Shown: positions 23,598-38,080 of the stretch, in pieces
Numbering within the stretch: position 1 is the first letter of the stretch
How the letters are laid out: each line of letters begins with the position of its first letter
Assembly (NCBI GenBank): GCA_964016885.1
Contig: OZ024746.1
Coordinates: 12,214,001-12,278,000, forward strand
Direction of reading: 5' to 3'
Source of the DNA: Eledone cirrhosa
Taxonomy: Eukaryota
DNA: 64,000 nt
Position numbers and translations under genes: made by a program
Notes under the pieces: generated by a model
What the model was told of the DNA's origin: nothing
Seen by the model: only the letters and a program-made list of their open reading frames with translations
Databases searched by the model: none

Positions 23598-23870
23598 TTG
23601 ACCTGCTAGAAGTAGCAAGCAGCTACATCTCTCTCAAATCACATCATATCTTGACCTGCTAGAAGTAGCAAGCAGCCTCATCTCTCTCAAATCACATCAT
23701 ATCTTGACCTGCTAGAAGTAGCAAGCAGCCTCATCTCTCTCAAATCACATCATATCTTGACCTGCTAGAAGTAGCAAGCAGCTACATCTCCCTCAAATCA
23801 CATCATAGCTTGACCTGCTAGAAGTAGCAAGCAGCTTCATCTCTCTCAAATCACATCATAGCTTGACCTG
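23598..23870. repeat. 53-bp minisatellite, about 5 copies
   Basis: unit ttgacctgctagaagtagcaagcagc..catctctctcaaatcacatcatatc. Confidence 0.93.
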
Positions 23871-24263
23871 TTATGATTTTCATATTTCTGGAGTCAATAA
23901 ACTATAATATCTATCAAGAATTGGAGTTAATTTAATTGACAATACTCTCTCCCCCCTCTCTCTGTAGTTGCTATTACTTTTACTGGCATCACCACAATAA
24001 TTGTTATCAGTCTCTTACTATGTCTATACCATCATTATGGAACATACTGTCTTGAGATGGGATTTGGGATTTAAAGACACTAATGAGCTTTGTTGAGAGA
24101 TAGTTGACTGCTATGTTGAGTTGGTTGTAGTTTAAATGTAAATATATATTTTCATTTATCTCCTAAACATTTCTTTGACCAAATATGTCTGTGATTGTAA
24201 GTTCCCATTTCTCATCTCATGTTATCAATGTTTTCCTTATTTGGAATCAATTTCTTTCTCCAG

Positions 24264-24364
24264 GGTTCGCCGTCTTTTGTCCGATACCATCAGACATCTT
24301 CAAATCGTTTAGATGATGACCGACCAAGCACTCCTAGTACAGGATCTATACACTCAAACAGCAG
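24264..24364 (+). CDS. DOCK3/4: DOCK-B tail exon GSPSFVRYHQTSSNRLDDDRPSTPSTGSIHSNS(S)
   Basis: tttctccag| and AG|gttggc; phase 0 to 2; open reading frame, Ser-rich. Confidence 0.85.
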
Positions 24365-24859
24365 GTTGGCTTTGTTTTACTGCTAATTTTATATTTATAG
24401 CATTTTTAAGTGTGTGTGTCTGTGTGTTTTTATCTTGGCAGTTTGGATGTTTCTACAAATTTCAGCATTTATAAAGATTCATAAGTAAATCTTCCTTGAA
24501 TGTTAGGGTGCAACTCGTAGAGTTAGAGCAATGGGTCCACTGGATGAAGGGACAAACAGCTTCTCAGAAAGTTGGGAGGAGGAGGAAATTTGTGATTTTA
24601 AAGTTTTTATTATCGTCTAATATTTGTAATTTTATTTAAATGATATTTCTACTCTAACAAATTAAACTTTAAACTTGCCCTCAGCCTCTGAGTCCTGGTC
24701 GACAGGATAGAGAATACATTGCCCTTGCAGGGCTCACACTTGTGGATGGCTAACTCCACCCTGATAGCAAGAATGTATGACTATTAGTGTACTAATAATT
24801 ATTTTAGTACTGAATGTTAGAGTTTTATGATTGTTTTTCTCTTTTTCTTTTGTTTATAG

Positions 24860-24929
24860 TAATCGGTCTTCAACCTTATCAGCTGACACAGGATTCCACG
24901 ATGAAGATATATATTCAGAAATGAAAGAG
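24860..24929 (+). CDS. DOCK3/4: DOCK-B tail exon (S)NRSSTLSADTGFHDEDIYSEMKE
   Basis: tgtttatag| and |gtaaca; phase 2 to 0, fitting the previous exon. Confidence 0.85.
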
Positions 24930-25200
24930 GTAACATTTTTTATACATTCAATGAACAGTCAATGAAATAATTATTTACTGCTTACTAAAAGAAGAAATTT
25001 TGCTATAACAATACATTGAAATGTATAAATTTACATTACTATTCAACCCCGTATAGCTGGAAAATTAACAAGGTTAATTACAAGACACACAGGTTAATTA
25101 CAAGATACACTCAATAAAATCTTTAGAATTCAGAGGTCACTATATCAGTACATTTCAACATTATATACAACTGTAATTAAAACCTGTAAAATTTATTTAA

Positions 25201-25408
25201 CCCTTTAGCATTTACATTACTCTATATTCACTATCATATTTCCATGGTAAAGGCTTTACCTCACATAATATTGAATCTATGAGATTTTGATATTATTTAT
25301 TTTGAGAACAATATCTTAACATCAATATGAGTAGCCAGTTATGGCCAGTTTGAACAGAAAGATGTGAGAGAATTCTGGCTAGATACGATCGGTTTAAATG
25401 CTAAAGGG
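25201..25408. mobile_element. piggyBac-type MITE
   Basis: TTAA-CCCTTTAGCATTTA ... TAAATGCTAAAGGG-TTAA (14-bp TIR, TTAA TSD). Confidence 0.88.
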
Positions 25409-25413
25409 TTAAT

Positions 25414-25597
25414 TGTTTCTACTTTAGGCACAAGGCCAGCAATTACCCAGTGCATTACTGGTACTTTATTTTATCGACCCCGTAAGGATGAAAGGCAAAG
25501 TCAACCTCGGCGGGATTTGAACTCAGATCGTAAAGGGACGTAACTATGCTGGAAAGCATGGCGTCCGATCCTCTACCGATACTGCCAATCCACCGCC
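25414..25597 (-). mobile_element. SINE family B young copy with a 24-bp target-site duplication
   Basis: CGGTTTAAATGCTAAAGGGTTAAT at 25390-25413 and 25615-25638. Confidence 0.9.
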
Positions 25598-27255
25598 TTT
25601 AATGCTAAATCCACCGGTTTAAATGCTAAAGGGTTAATGACTTCTTTTTATATTTAAAGCAGCAAAGCATCAACCAAATCTTAAAGAATGCTCTCTCTCT
25701 CTCTTTCTCTCTCTCAAGAATGTGTGAATGTTTCTATTATTTAATTTTATTCTTTTTCTTGTTAAATTATTCAAGTCACATTGTATAATATCTCTTATGA
25801 TATTAAGATAAATATTGAAAATGGAATATTTTGGTCAAAGAAAGTAACTCCTTGTTCACATGAACAATGGAAAGTTTCCCTCACCTCACCACACTCCAAA
25901 TGTCAGGCATAAATAGCTGCAAACATATATTGATGTATTTAATATAAAAACATGCATTTCTACATGTGTACATATAAATATATACACATATCTAACATAT
26001 AGGAATATAAACATGCCAGGTAATATGAATACCCCTCTAAATTGAAAAAGTGATAAACACCTTTAATTGATTTTCAGATCTAATTTGACCCTCACCAGAA
26101 GGTGTGTATATCTTCAGTCAAGTAGAGGTCATGTAACCACATTGCTGATGATTTCATATGAATGAAACAGCTCTAGTCCTGTAGAAGCCATTTTTATATT
26201 AAATGTTTATATATATATCATCATCATCATCGTTTAACGTCTATCTTCCACGCTAGCATGGGTTAGACGGGAATTGTCCTACTTGAGGCAAGATTGGTCA
26301 GGTGACTGTGTCTCACTCGTATAGGACTGTCTGGCAGGTTTTCTACAGTTGGATGCCCTTCCTAACACCAACCACGTTTACAGTGTGGACTGGGAGCTTT
26401 TTACCGTGTTACCTACACGGCCACATTACAGCGTGGACTGGGGGCTTTTTTGTCGTGACACCTACACGACCTCATTATATACATTAAATATTGATATATA
26501 TATAAAATGCATATATGTGTGTATATATATATATATGTGTGTGTGTATATATATAAAGAAAAATAAATATATAATGTGTGTATGTATGTATATATGTGTA
26601 TGTATATGTGTGTGTATATAAAAAAGAAATATATATATATATTGAATGTGAATGCCAGAGGAAAGTTCTGCTTGATTTTTTTCTTTCATTGAAATGTTTG
26701 TGTGTTTTCTTTGTTCTTCAGAAAACAGTTGCCAAATCTCATTCACATGTCAGCCTATCAGTGGTTGGTATATTTCTGAAAAATATTCCTTCTCCTCTAA
26801 ACATTTTGTCGCTAAATTTTTGGCTTGTGATTCCATGATTTGTACCCTGTTAAATTTGGTATTTTACATTCCTCACTGCACTCATTTGTCTTCCTAAGTA
26901 CTTCCAGGTTGTTTTTATTTTTAGTTAAACAAAATATTTCTAGTCATTGCTTTCCAAATCTGATGTTAGTGAAGTGTATTGCTGTCTAGATTGTAGTTAG
27001 TTATAATTGTTAATCCTCTTTTCATTCACACTAACATACATATATATACATGCATACATACACATACACACACACACTAACATATATATACATGCATACA
27101 CACATACACAAACATATACATACATGCATACACACACTAACACACATACATGCACACATTCACACATGCATGAACAAATGTGCAGACTTTATCCTTTAGT
27201 CACTTTGTTAGCACCTACCTTAATTGTATTCCATTGTAAAGCTGTGATATATATA

Positions 27256-27287
<32 letters not shown>

Positions 27288-28555
27288 CATATATACACAC
27301 ACACACACACACATACACAAACCACATATATAATACTTTGCCTTGAAGTAGTGACCATCTGTGTACATGTATAAAGTTTAATGTTGTTGTTATTGTTGTA
27401 GTATTTCATTGTTTTATATCAGAAATGAAGATTATAGTGATTTAGTAAACATGGATATAACTATGTTTGTTTCTATTGACAATAATTGAATACTTCTGGT
27501 CATAGGTTTGCTTGTTTTCGGCTGACCTGTGGTTAAACAACAATACCAACATTAGAATTAATGAAACCACTGAGTGGATCTTTTAGCTGGTCACATGATC
27601 TGCTCAAACTAGTAAAACTTCTCTCAAATCAAACCCTATTGTCTTAAAAAAAAGAAGGATCGTGTGGATCTGGGTATATTGTCTGAAGCTAAGTCCTACA
27701 CTCACCAACCTCTTCAACCCTCTTCCATAAAGTTAACTCTACTAGATGCCTATTCCTCTATGTTAGTCACTACTGTGATATCACCCTAGAGGAATTCAGG
27801 GAAAGCCATAGCTTTTAACTATTTCTGGATGTGAATCTCCTGACAAAATTTCCTGCCTATGAGCTCCATCTATCTTCATAACTTGGGTTGGCAGCTTCTT
27901 TTCAGATTGCATAGCCATAGTCTGTGTTGGTGGAACCCTCTCTTTCCCACAGTCTATTAACTCTGGAAACAAGTTGCACATAACTATAGCTCTTGCAATA
28001 CACCTACCACATCCTCTCTTATAAACCAATAATATCCTGTAGAAAAGGCCCTTTTTTATGTTTTATTACATTATTTATACTCTCAATTGAAATAGCCAAA
28101 GTTTACCCCCCCCCCCCCCCCCCCATGTGGTGATACTGGTGAAATGAGATGCAAAACCATTTTTTTTCTTTTAGATCTGGGAATTTTGCATAAAGGTAAA
28201 ATAATCAGTTTGGGTAGATATTTGCATATCTGTTGTTGAAATATTGCTAGAGGAAAATAGATGATTTTTTCTTGTCATTCTACTCTGTACAATAAGAGTA
28301 ATGTAATATAATGTAGTATAGGAGTTAGACCACAACTGACATTTCTTAATGCTTGCCTTTAATTCAGTTCTGATGATATGTTGTTTATCAGCTATATTCA
28401 ATTCTACTGATACTGCCAACCCTCCACCACCGTCCTAATCAGATAACAATGATTACATTTCAATCGAAATCAAAGTTACCTGTTCATAAAGATTTATTGC
28501 AAATCTAACAGAAAGCCTGAATGGATATTTGTAAAATGACATCTCTGTTAAAGTA

Positions 28556-28772
28556 ATGTAGAGGTCATGTGGTCAAATGTAGAGGTCATGTGGTCAAATG
28601 TAGAGGTCTTGTGGTCAAATGTAGAGGTCTTGTGGTCAAATGTAGAGGTCATGTGGTGAAATGTAGAGGTCATGTGGTGAAATATAGAGGTTATGTTCAA
28701 ATGTAGAGATCATGTGGTGAAATGTAGGGGTCATGTTCAAATGTAGAGGTCTTGTGGTCAAGTGTTCAAATG
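28556..28772. repeat. 21-bp minisatellite (TGTAGAGGTCATGTGGTCAAA), about 10 copies
   Basis: seen directly. Confidence 0.9.
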
Positions 28773-29923
28773 TACTACTTGGGTCAGACAGAAAACTTGA
28801 TTCCACATTATTACCTCTGATTACATCATCTGATAGTGTTCACCAGATTCCAGCAGTCGTTCTAGTGTTCCTTTGCCACAAGATCCCAACCCTAGTTCTG
28901 ATTAGGAGCTGCATGTCATAGCTGTTAGGCCTATTCTATGTTGAATCCCTTATGCACAAATAAATATTTGTTCTCAGTGAACTAATGACTATCACTACAA
29001 TAAACTGATATCATAATATGCAAGAAATGTGTTTCCTTTCATTTTAATATTAAATAGTAATAGTAAATTAAAGCTCATCTATAATATATGATAATGGAGA
29101 TTATTGTGTACAGTGCTCAGGTGCACTACAACTCATCAAAGGTGCATGTATAATATATAGAATAATGTACAAATGTCAGGAAAGTGAACCATGTATGAGT
29201 CATGATATACACACAGACACACACACAAATGCTTGAAAACACCCATTTACTTGTTTTGTTTTTAGAATGCATATTTAAAAAAATAAATGTATATTGCTAT
29301 GAGTTGAATGAAACAGTTCTTTGCCAAGCTATTGGAAGATTAATGGTTCCTTTCTTCCCTCTGGCATTAGATAGTTTCTGTTGCCAGGACAACTCTCAGT
29401 GCATAGTCCATCTTTCTAAATAGGTACCACAGAGAAATATCATCATCATTGTTTAACTGTAGTACAGTAAACAACTACAATTGATCCGGCTGGATCCCCA
29501 AGCAAGACCAGCCAAGCTCATGGATGTTATTCAACTATCATGAATGGGGTCACCCCTAGGGTCCTGCTGGCTGGTTTTGCCCGTAAAATCTGTCTAGTGA
29601 TTCTTTCTTGAGACATTTTAATCATATGTCCGTAATATCGGAGCTGTGATTTCTCTACCTGGAGTGACCCTCTGATCTCCAAGCTATGAACTCAGTAGAG
29701 TAAAGTTATCCAAAGACCCTGTAGCAAAGCCAGACACCAGGTGGCGTCATTATCACACCACAATTCTATCAATTCATATTATTCAATACCATAATCAGCA
29801 ACAATGTGAAAGAGATAAGTCTTTCATTAACTTCTAATACTTTGTTCAAATAGACCAATATTATATCATTGAAGAGTGGGCTTAGAAAAGTGTTTCTTAA
29901 GTACGTAGTATGTTGAAACTACA

Positions 29924-30261
29924 ATCATCATCATCATCATCATCATCATTTTACGTCCGCTTTTCCCTGCTTGCAAGGGTGGGACGGGAACTGATTCTGG
30001 CTTGATTTCTACAGCTGGATGCCCTTCCTAACACCAACCTCATTTACAGTGAGTGCTGGGTGCTTTTTTTCCGTGGCACCTCCACGACCACTTTGCAGTG
30101 GAATGATAGGGACTGGGGTCCCTATTATTCTACAGCTGAGTAAACTGGAGCAATGTGAAATAAAGTGTCTTGCTCAAGGAAACAACACATCACCCTGAGA
30201 ATTGAACTCACAACCTTTCGATTGCAAGACCAATGCTCTAACCACTAAGCCATCTGCCTCC
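29924..30261 (-). mobile_element. SINE family A copy
   Basis: reverse complement of 244-583 with a small internal deletion. Confidence 0.9.
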
Positions 30262-30455
30262 ATCATATATTCCAATACATCAAGCATCTTTCTGTAGTAA
30301 TACTGGATAAAAGCAGTGTATTAAGTCATTAATATGTATATATTAATTTGCATGTGAGATCATGTATCTTTTCCTCCTTTTTTTCTGTCACTGATATTGA
30401 TATCTCATTTGTGTTATTTCTTGTTTATAAATGTCATTGTTTATTCTTATTAATT

Positions 30456-30459
<4 letters not shown>

Positions 30460-30515
<56 letters not shown>

Positions 30516-30765
30516 GTATGTGTGTGTATATATACGCATTTATATACATATATATGTGTGTATATATATATATATGTATGTGTGTGTATATATATGTATA
30601 TGTGTGTATATATATATATATGTATGTATGTATGTGTGTGTATATATACACATATATATACATATATGTATGTGTATATTTATGTATGTATGTATATATA
30701 TATATATTATATATATGTAACTGTGTGTATATATATGCATATATATACATATATGTATGTGTATT

Positions 30766-30797
<32 letters not shown>

Positions 30798-30946
30798 GTA
30801 TGTGTGTGTATATACACATATATATACATATATGTATGTGTATATATATTATATATTATATATATATATGTATGTGTGTGTATATATACACATATATATA
30901 CATATATGTATGTATATATATATATTATATATATTATATATATGTA
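30460..30946. repeat. Compound (TA)n/(TG)n microsatellite
   Basis: seen directly. Confidence 0.9.
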
Positions 30947-30960
30947 TCATTTTTTTTTTT

Positions 30961-31293
30961 TCATTTCATTTTTTACGTCCACATTTCCCTGCTTGCAAGG
31001 GTGGGACGGGAACCGATTCTGGCTTGATTTCTACAGCTGGATGCCCTTCCTAACACCAACCTCATTTACAGTGAGTGCTGGGTGCTTTTTTGCCGTGGCT
31101 TCTCCACGACCACTTTGCAGTGGAATGATATGGACCCCAGTCCCTATCATCTCATTTCTACAGCTGAGTAAACTGGAGCAATGTGAAATAAAGTGTCTTG
31201 CTCAAGGAAACAACACATCACCCGGGCTGAGAATTGAACTCACAACCTTTCGATTGCAAGGCTAATGCTCTAACCACTAAGCCATGTGCCTCC
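30961..31293 (-). mobile_element. SINE family A copy
   Basis: reverse complement of 244-583. Confidence 0.9.
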
Positions 31294-31322
31294 ATGTGTG
31301 TGTATATATACATACATATATC

Positions 31323-31357
<35 letters not shown>

Positions 31358-31698
31358 TTGTAAAGTGTGCTATAGAGCAAAGAAATAAGCTCTCTGAGAG
31401 CCGTGTCCAAAACTTCAATTTTATGCTATTTCCCATCATATTATATTAACATATAATTACCAAGATGATGAGATTATCAGACATTCTTACATCCCTGCTC
31501 ACATAGAGCAGGTCTTGTGTTTACTTTAAAAAAAAAAAAAATCTGTTCAATCAATATCATCTTTTTATTTATTATTATTTCCTTAATTAGACAAAAATTT
31601 CAATGCTGCTCAATATTTTTTTAATATTCTTTATTTATTAATATTGTTATTATTTATATTTTTTCTTTTTTATTTATTTATTTATTACTCTGAACCAG

Positions 31699-31719
31699 AC
31701 CTTACCTGGATATTACAAG
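31699..31719 (+). CDS. Candidate 21-nt frame-preserving microexon TLPGYYK
   Basis: long T-rich tract, then accag|ACCTTACCTGGATATTACAAG|gtacca; phase 0-0 within a phase-0 intron; no homology support. Confidence 0.4.
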
Positions 31720-33014
31720 GTACCAATCTTTTTTGCTTTTGTTTTCCATCCCTGCACAAGATAAGTGATTAATAGAAGATAAATATATAGCACCTGAAAA
31801 AAGTTGAAGAATTAACCTAATGTAGTGTAGATAGAATCTTAATAAAATAGGTGAAATGATATGGTCAGTGTGTATCTTGGAATAATGCTGGACTAATGGC
31901 ATTTAGCTATTCTCAGACATTCATATCTCCCTGTCTCTCTCACAGAAACACAATAATTTTTCTTACCTTTCATGAAACATCCTTCTTTCTCTATATTTTC
32001 CTTTCTGTCTGTCCCTATCTCTCATTGTCACTTCTATATGACTTCCCCCTCCCCACACAAACTTCTCTCTCATTAATTAATTAACACAACCCATGTTAGA
32101 AAACAATCTCATGCCATGATTTCTACTAAATAATATACCAGCTATATAAAAATATAGCCTCTATCCCACTAAACTAATCAGTTCAAGCCCCAGGTCTAAG
32201 ATCCAGCATGGAAAGTAGTGAATATTTTGTGTATTTATTTATTGACTGATTGTATTGCACTGTGAAAAACTGCATGATTTAGTGTGTCACATTATCCTAG
32301 ATCTGTCCATATGTTCCATGTGTTGGTCACCCTTAAACATTTCGTCACTTATTTCTGTTCCATAGATCTTACTTAAGCAGGACTGACTAAGGTTATTCAA
32401 GTACAACAACAACAATATAAATCCATGCAGTAGTTAATGAAAAGTATCTTATATACACAAAGTAGTGAAGTACAGCTTCTTACATTCTTTATCTTCTTCT
32501 TCATCTTCTTTGCCCATTTATTCCCGAGATGTCATGGAGTCATAGTCCTCAATCACACCTTCCAGAGAGTTCTATCAGAAGCAGCCATCACCAAATGATC
32601 CAGCTGGATCTCCAAGCGACATTAACTAAGCTCATGGATGTTATCAAACCATCTTGCTCATGGTCTACCCCTGGGTCTCCTACCAGTTGGTTTTGCCTGT
32701 AAAATCTGTCCAGCAATTCTTTCCATAGATATTCTAACCACATGTCCATAGTACCCAAGCTGTGATCTCTCAATTTGGAGAAGTAGTAGCTCTTCTTGGA
32801 ACAATTCCCTCATCTCCAAGCTGCACTTTCGGCCATTTGTATTCACACTGATATTCTTTCAGTCATTACCCAAGATTCATGACCCTATTCCAAGTATTAA
32901 ATTAAATATCTCTATATATTGACTTTGTAATTATACACAGTTTCTTTATTCTCAATGAATACACATCTTTGTTTTAATGAATCACATCTTCATATATCTA
33001 CCCTGTGGCACATG

Positions 33015-33567
<553 letters not shown>

Positions 33568-33736
33568 CATGCTGTAGTTAAATACATATATTTTCAGTAG
33601 TTGACTATAGTCTTATAAAATCTAGACAGTAGTTATGCACAGTAACCCCATGCAATACTTAAACAGCTTTTTTCTTACTATATTAGCATTAGTATGTTAT
33701 CCCTTTGTTATTGTTGACATTACATCATTATTATTA

Positions 33737-34697
33737 GGGTGGTAGCTTGGCACAACCATTAAAACATCAGAGAAAATACCTTATGATATTTGAGCAGGTC
33801 CTTTATGTTCTGAGTTCAAATCCCAGCAAGGTTAACTTTACCCTTCATCTTTCTGGGGTTAACAAAAGTGATGTACTGGGGGCCGGTTTAATCAACTAAC
33901 TCTTCTTCCAAAATTTCTAGCTTTGTGCCTGGGTTAGGGTATTATTGTTTGGTTAGAGGTGAAGTAGAAGCCATAAAACATGGAACTGAATACCTTGCAG
34001 TATTTACCACCTTAACTTTTAGTCCCATTAAGTTCAACTTTGCCTTTTATTCTTCTGGGGGATGACTTCTGGGAGAAGTACTTTTTAAGTAGTGGACAAA
34101 ATTAGGGTTAGGGATTGGCAGAATTATTACTGTGTTGGACAAATAGCAGTATTTGTTCCAGATGTTGAATCCCACTGAGATTAACTTCATCTTTCATCTT
34201 TTTGTCAAGTAGTGAGGTTGATATATGCCCCAGCCTCCTTCCACGCATGATTTGTAGCCTTCTGCCTAAATTGAGAACATCATTATTATAGGCAGTGGAT
34301 TGGCAGTATCAGTAGAGGGTCAGACGTCATGCTGTGAAGCAAAGAGTTACGGCCCTTGCCATTCTGAGTTCAAATCCCGATGAGGTTAACTTTGCCTTTC
34401 ATCTTTACGAGGTCGATAAAATACCAGTAATACACTGGGATAATTACTGGCCTTGTGCCAAAAGTAGAAACACTTATTAGTATTATTGTTATTATTATTG
34501 GTAGAGGATTGGACACCCTGCTTCACAGCATTAAGTTACGACCCTTTACATTCTGAGTTCAAATCCCACTGAGGTTAAGGTTAACTTTGCCTTTCATCCT
34601 TACGGGGTTCATAAAATAAAGTACCAGTAATGCACTGGGGTCAATTTAATTGATTTTCCCCTCCCCCAAAATTCTTGGCTAAATCAGAAACCATTAT
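33737..34697 (+). mobile_element. Head-to-tail cluster of about 5 SINE family B copies of different ages
   Basis: repeated 'gagttcaaatccc...aactttgcctttcatc' units separated by (ATT)n. Confidence 0.82.
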
Positions 34698-35791
34698 TGT
34701 CCTTGGTATCCCTTGCATGTATCGATATGAAAGAAAGCTTAAATTATATAATGTAAAGTAGCTTTTGTATTTTAATTGAAATAACCTTTTGTTAATATTT
34801 AAAATATCCTTGGAAATATATTTCATGTTTTTGCTCTTTCTCTCATCATGTGTATATATATACAATATATATATGTATGTATATATATATTGTATATACA
34901 TACATACCTAAACTGATAGGTTTTATGAAAGAATTGGATCATAAGGTTATACCGGGAAAGGTTCTTCACACACACATATGTACATAACGCGCACACGCAC
35001 ACACACACACACACGACTGGTTCTTGTTTTATTGACAAAGATGGTTGAAGAGCAAAGTCATTCCCAGGATATGTGAAGGTTTATGGCTAAATACTTCAAA
35101 GCATATAAATATAAAATGTTTTTCTAATTGAACATACATTCATACATAAACACGCATACAAGGTTCGTATTATTCATAAGGCTGTATATGGCCCCAACAC
35201 ACACAATAGCATATAGTAAGTTTTTCTTCCTTTTTGATTAGAACAGTAAATGCTTGAAGAATTTTTGGAACTATTTCCTCTATCTTCTCTATGTTGTCAT
35301 TGTTTTTACAGAAAAGACAGTCTCTGTCTTGTGTAGAAGTTTTGTTATCTGCTGTGAAGGTAGGATTCAATACTGCACATAGATTCCTCCTCACTACAGA
35401 CATATGTAATAGCAAGGAATACCCTACTCCACTACATCAACACTGCACATAGATTCCTCCTCACTACAGACATATTTAATAGCAAGGAATACCCTACTCC
35501 ACTACAAACCTAATCATGTGGGTATTATAGTGGGTAGAACATTCTCTGATATTTATTGCACTACAGATGTAAATTCCATACTAGTAAGCTGTTATCACCA
35601 ATGGGACTGAATCCTAACATATCATCAGCATTGTATATATGTGTGGCTTATAAACTGTTTTTTCCACCACTTCTAACACTATTTCAAACACCCAATTTCT
35701 TCTGCTACCATCTATTGAATGGATTGTCAAAGATATATTTACATTAGAAAATAATAGTGTAGAATAAAAAGGGTCTCAATTCAAAAAGGTA

Positions 35792-35838
<47 letters not shown>

Positions 35839-36016
35839 GGCAGTAGCATAGTATATGCTTTTATATAAATATGTTAGTAAAAGTAGAGGATCAACTATGA
35901 CATGAGTTCGGACGGTTTGGGTTAGTTATCTCTGCTAATATATCCATTCTGCATCATACCATGTATTGTGTACTTCTCTGATTTGTTGTCTTCCTGGTTT
36001 TCATACCACAGAATAT

Positions 36017-36083
<67 letters not shown>

Positions 36084-36774
36084 AAACAATTTGATCATTT
36101 GCTATAGTGTGGCTACAACTTCGGTAGAGGGTCAGACGCCATGCTTTGCAGCAAATAGTTATGGTCTGAGTTCAAATCCCGCCAAGGTTAACTTTGCCTT
36201 TCATCCTTACGGGGTCGATAAAATAAAGTACCAGTAATACACTGGGATAATTGCTGACCTTGTGCCAAATGTAGAAACAATAATTATAAACAAAATAAAA
36301 CAAAGTGATAAAGTGGCAGAAAGAAAAGAAAATGTCCAAGATGTTAATTATGTAAAGATAATTTAATAAAGTAGTTTAAATTAAAAAATATATTCTATGC
36401 AGTGGAGTGATTTAATCTTCCTGTATCCTTGATAAATTTGATTAAATAATATCACATGTAGAAACAAACACTTTATTATATTACATGTGGAGACATGCAT
36501 TACATAATATATTTGGAGACATTTTTTTAATGTTTGCATTCACATCCAAATTAGTATAGTTTCTCACATGCCACGTAAGAACGTAATCTTATTTTCCTCT
36601 CTCTTATATTATTTACAAGAAATACTTATTTCAAGAGATTGATCATTTTTGCTTCCAGATTTCCTTGAGTTGTTAATGTTGTATGTAGACAACCTAACTT
36701 CATCTCCTTATTCATATTATTATAGTTAGGGAATTAATATGTCTGTTGTCTTATATATTGACTTGTACGTTGTT

Positions 36775-36815
<41 letters not shown>

Positions 36816-37964
36816 TAAGGATAGTCTATGCTATTAATTCCAAACCCTGGATTTGTTGCAGTATATCAACAGAAGTGAAATAGAGACAACACATTTTTTA
36901 CTTTTCAGGTGTCAACTCTACATATTACCTCTGTCTACCAACATATGTCATCTAATGTCTCTATTATCCAGTTGCTTTATCATCTCATTTCTGCTCAGCT
37001 CTACATACAAATAAGGATGATTATTGAAATATTTTATGTAACATTTTATATTAGAAGGTTGCAACAATGTCAATGGAACATCTTTATCGATATTTTTAAC
37101 ATTTAATGTCCAAGCTGCATTGCTGTTGACTCCTAATAAACTCACACAATTTTTTACACTTTACACATTGTTTCAAGCAAACTACAATACCCTCATACTT
37201 TTATATAAAATAAATTTATACGAGCAAACTTTGTCTAACATGTAACTACATATGTTCATACTAAATATAATGCATTTTGAAAACAAATCCTTAGATATTG
37301 TATGAATATGACACGATTTATCTATGTATGTTAATATATGTAACATGTAATTAAATGTTATATAGTTGTTGTATTGTGTTGTAATGGAGGCCCTCTGATA
37401 TGTTAAGACTGAATTCTGTTTTAGGTTATTAATTCTACTCAAATCAAAAATGTTGTCTTTGATGGACATAACTTATTGTGTGTATGTTTCTATATCTGTT
37501 TTAATCTCTTCTCTACAAACATGTTTTAGATTGTCTGTGACACTCTGTTGTACTCCTTCACACTCCAGAGTTCTTCTTCTTCTGCCTCTGCTTCTATTAT
37601 TTTCTTATCACTCAACCTGTCACACCAAGCACACACTTCCTCTACTGCTTATAGAATGAAATATTATATTCTTCTCAATACATCTTCATTGTTTTGTTTT
37701 ATTTTCTCTCTGTCACTCACAATCTCTAATTAACAGTGAATGAAAGTAAATTGTGTGTGTTTGTGTGTGTGTGTGTATATATATATATGTGTGTGTGTAT
37801 CTATATCTGTTGTCAAACACTGCCATATAATTTTTTTTTTGGTAACAATCTATTAATGCAGACAAAAAGAAACAACAAATTCATGATGAGATATGTCATG
37901 ACACCAACAATTTTTTCATAATAAAACTAACAGAAAGATATTTCTACCCATCTGTTTTTGTATA

Positions 37965-38034
<70 letters not shown>

Positions 38035-38080
38035 CAGACACACACTAACTTGACTTATCTAATTTACTAACATACTGTAG

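Noticed and set aside
26078-26101. Possible 24-nt exon (ttttcag|ATCTAA...AAG|gtgtgt)
   Set aside because: TAA at the second codon in the required phase 0; it could only be a poison exon and there is no support.
27690-28040. Decayed coding-like stretches (also 9490-9900, 12160-12310, 39360-39800)
   Set aside because: Probably old LINE remnants, but too degraded to assign by eye.
36909-37106. Extra exon or recursive AG|GT site after a strong acceptor (cttttcag|gtgtca)
   Set aside because: No convincing in-frame donor, the peptide is unlike the tail, and GTGTCA is a weak donor; needs RNA data.
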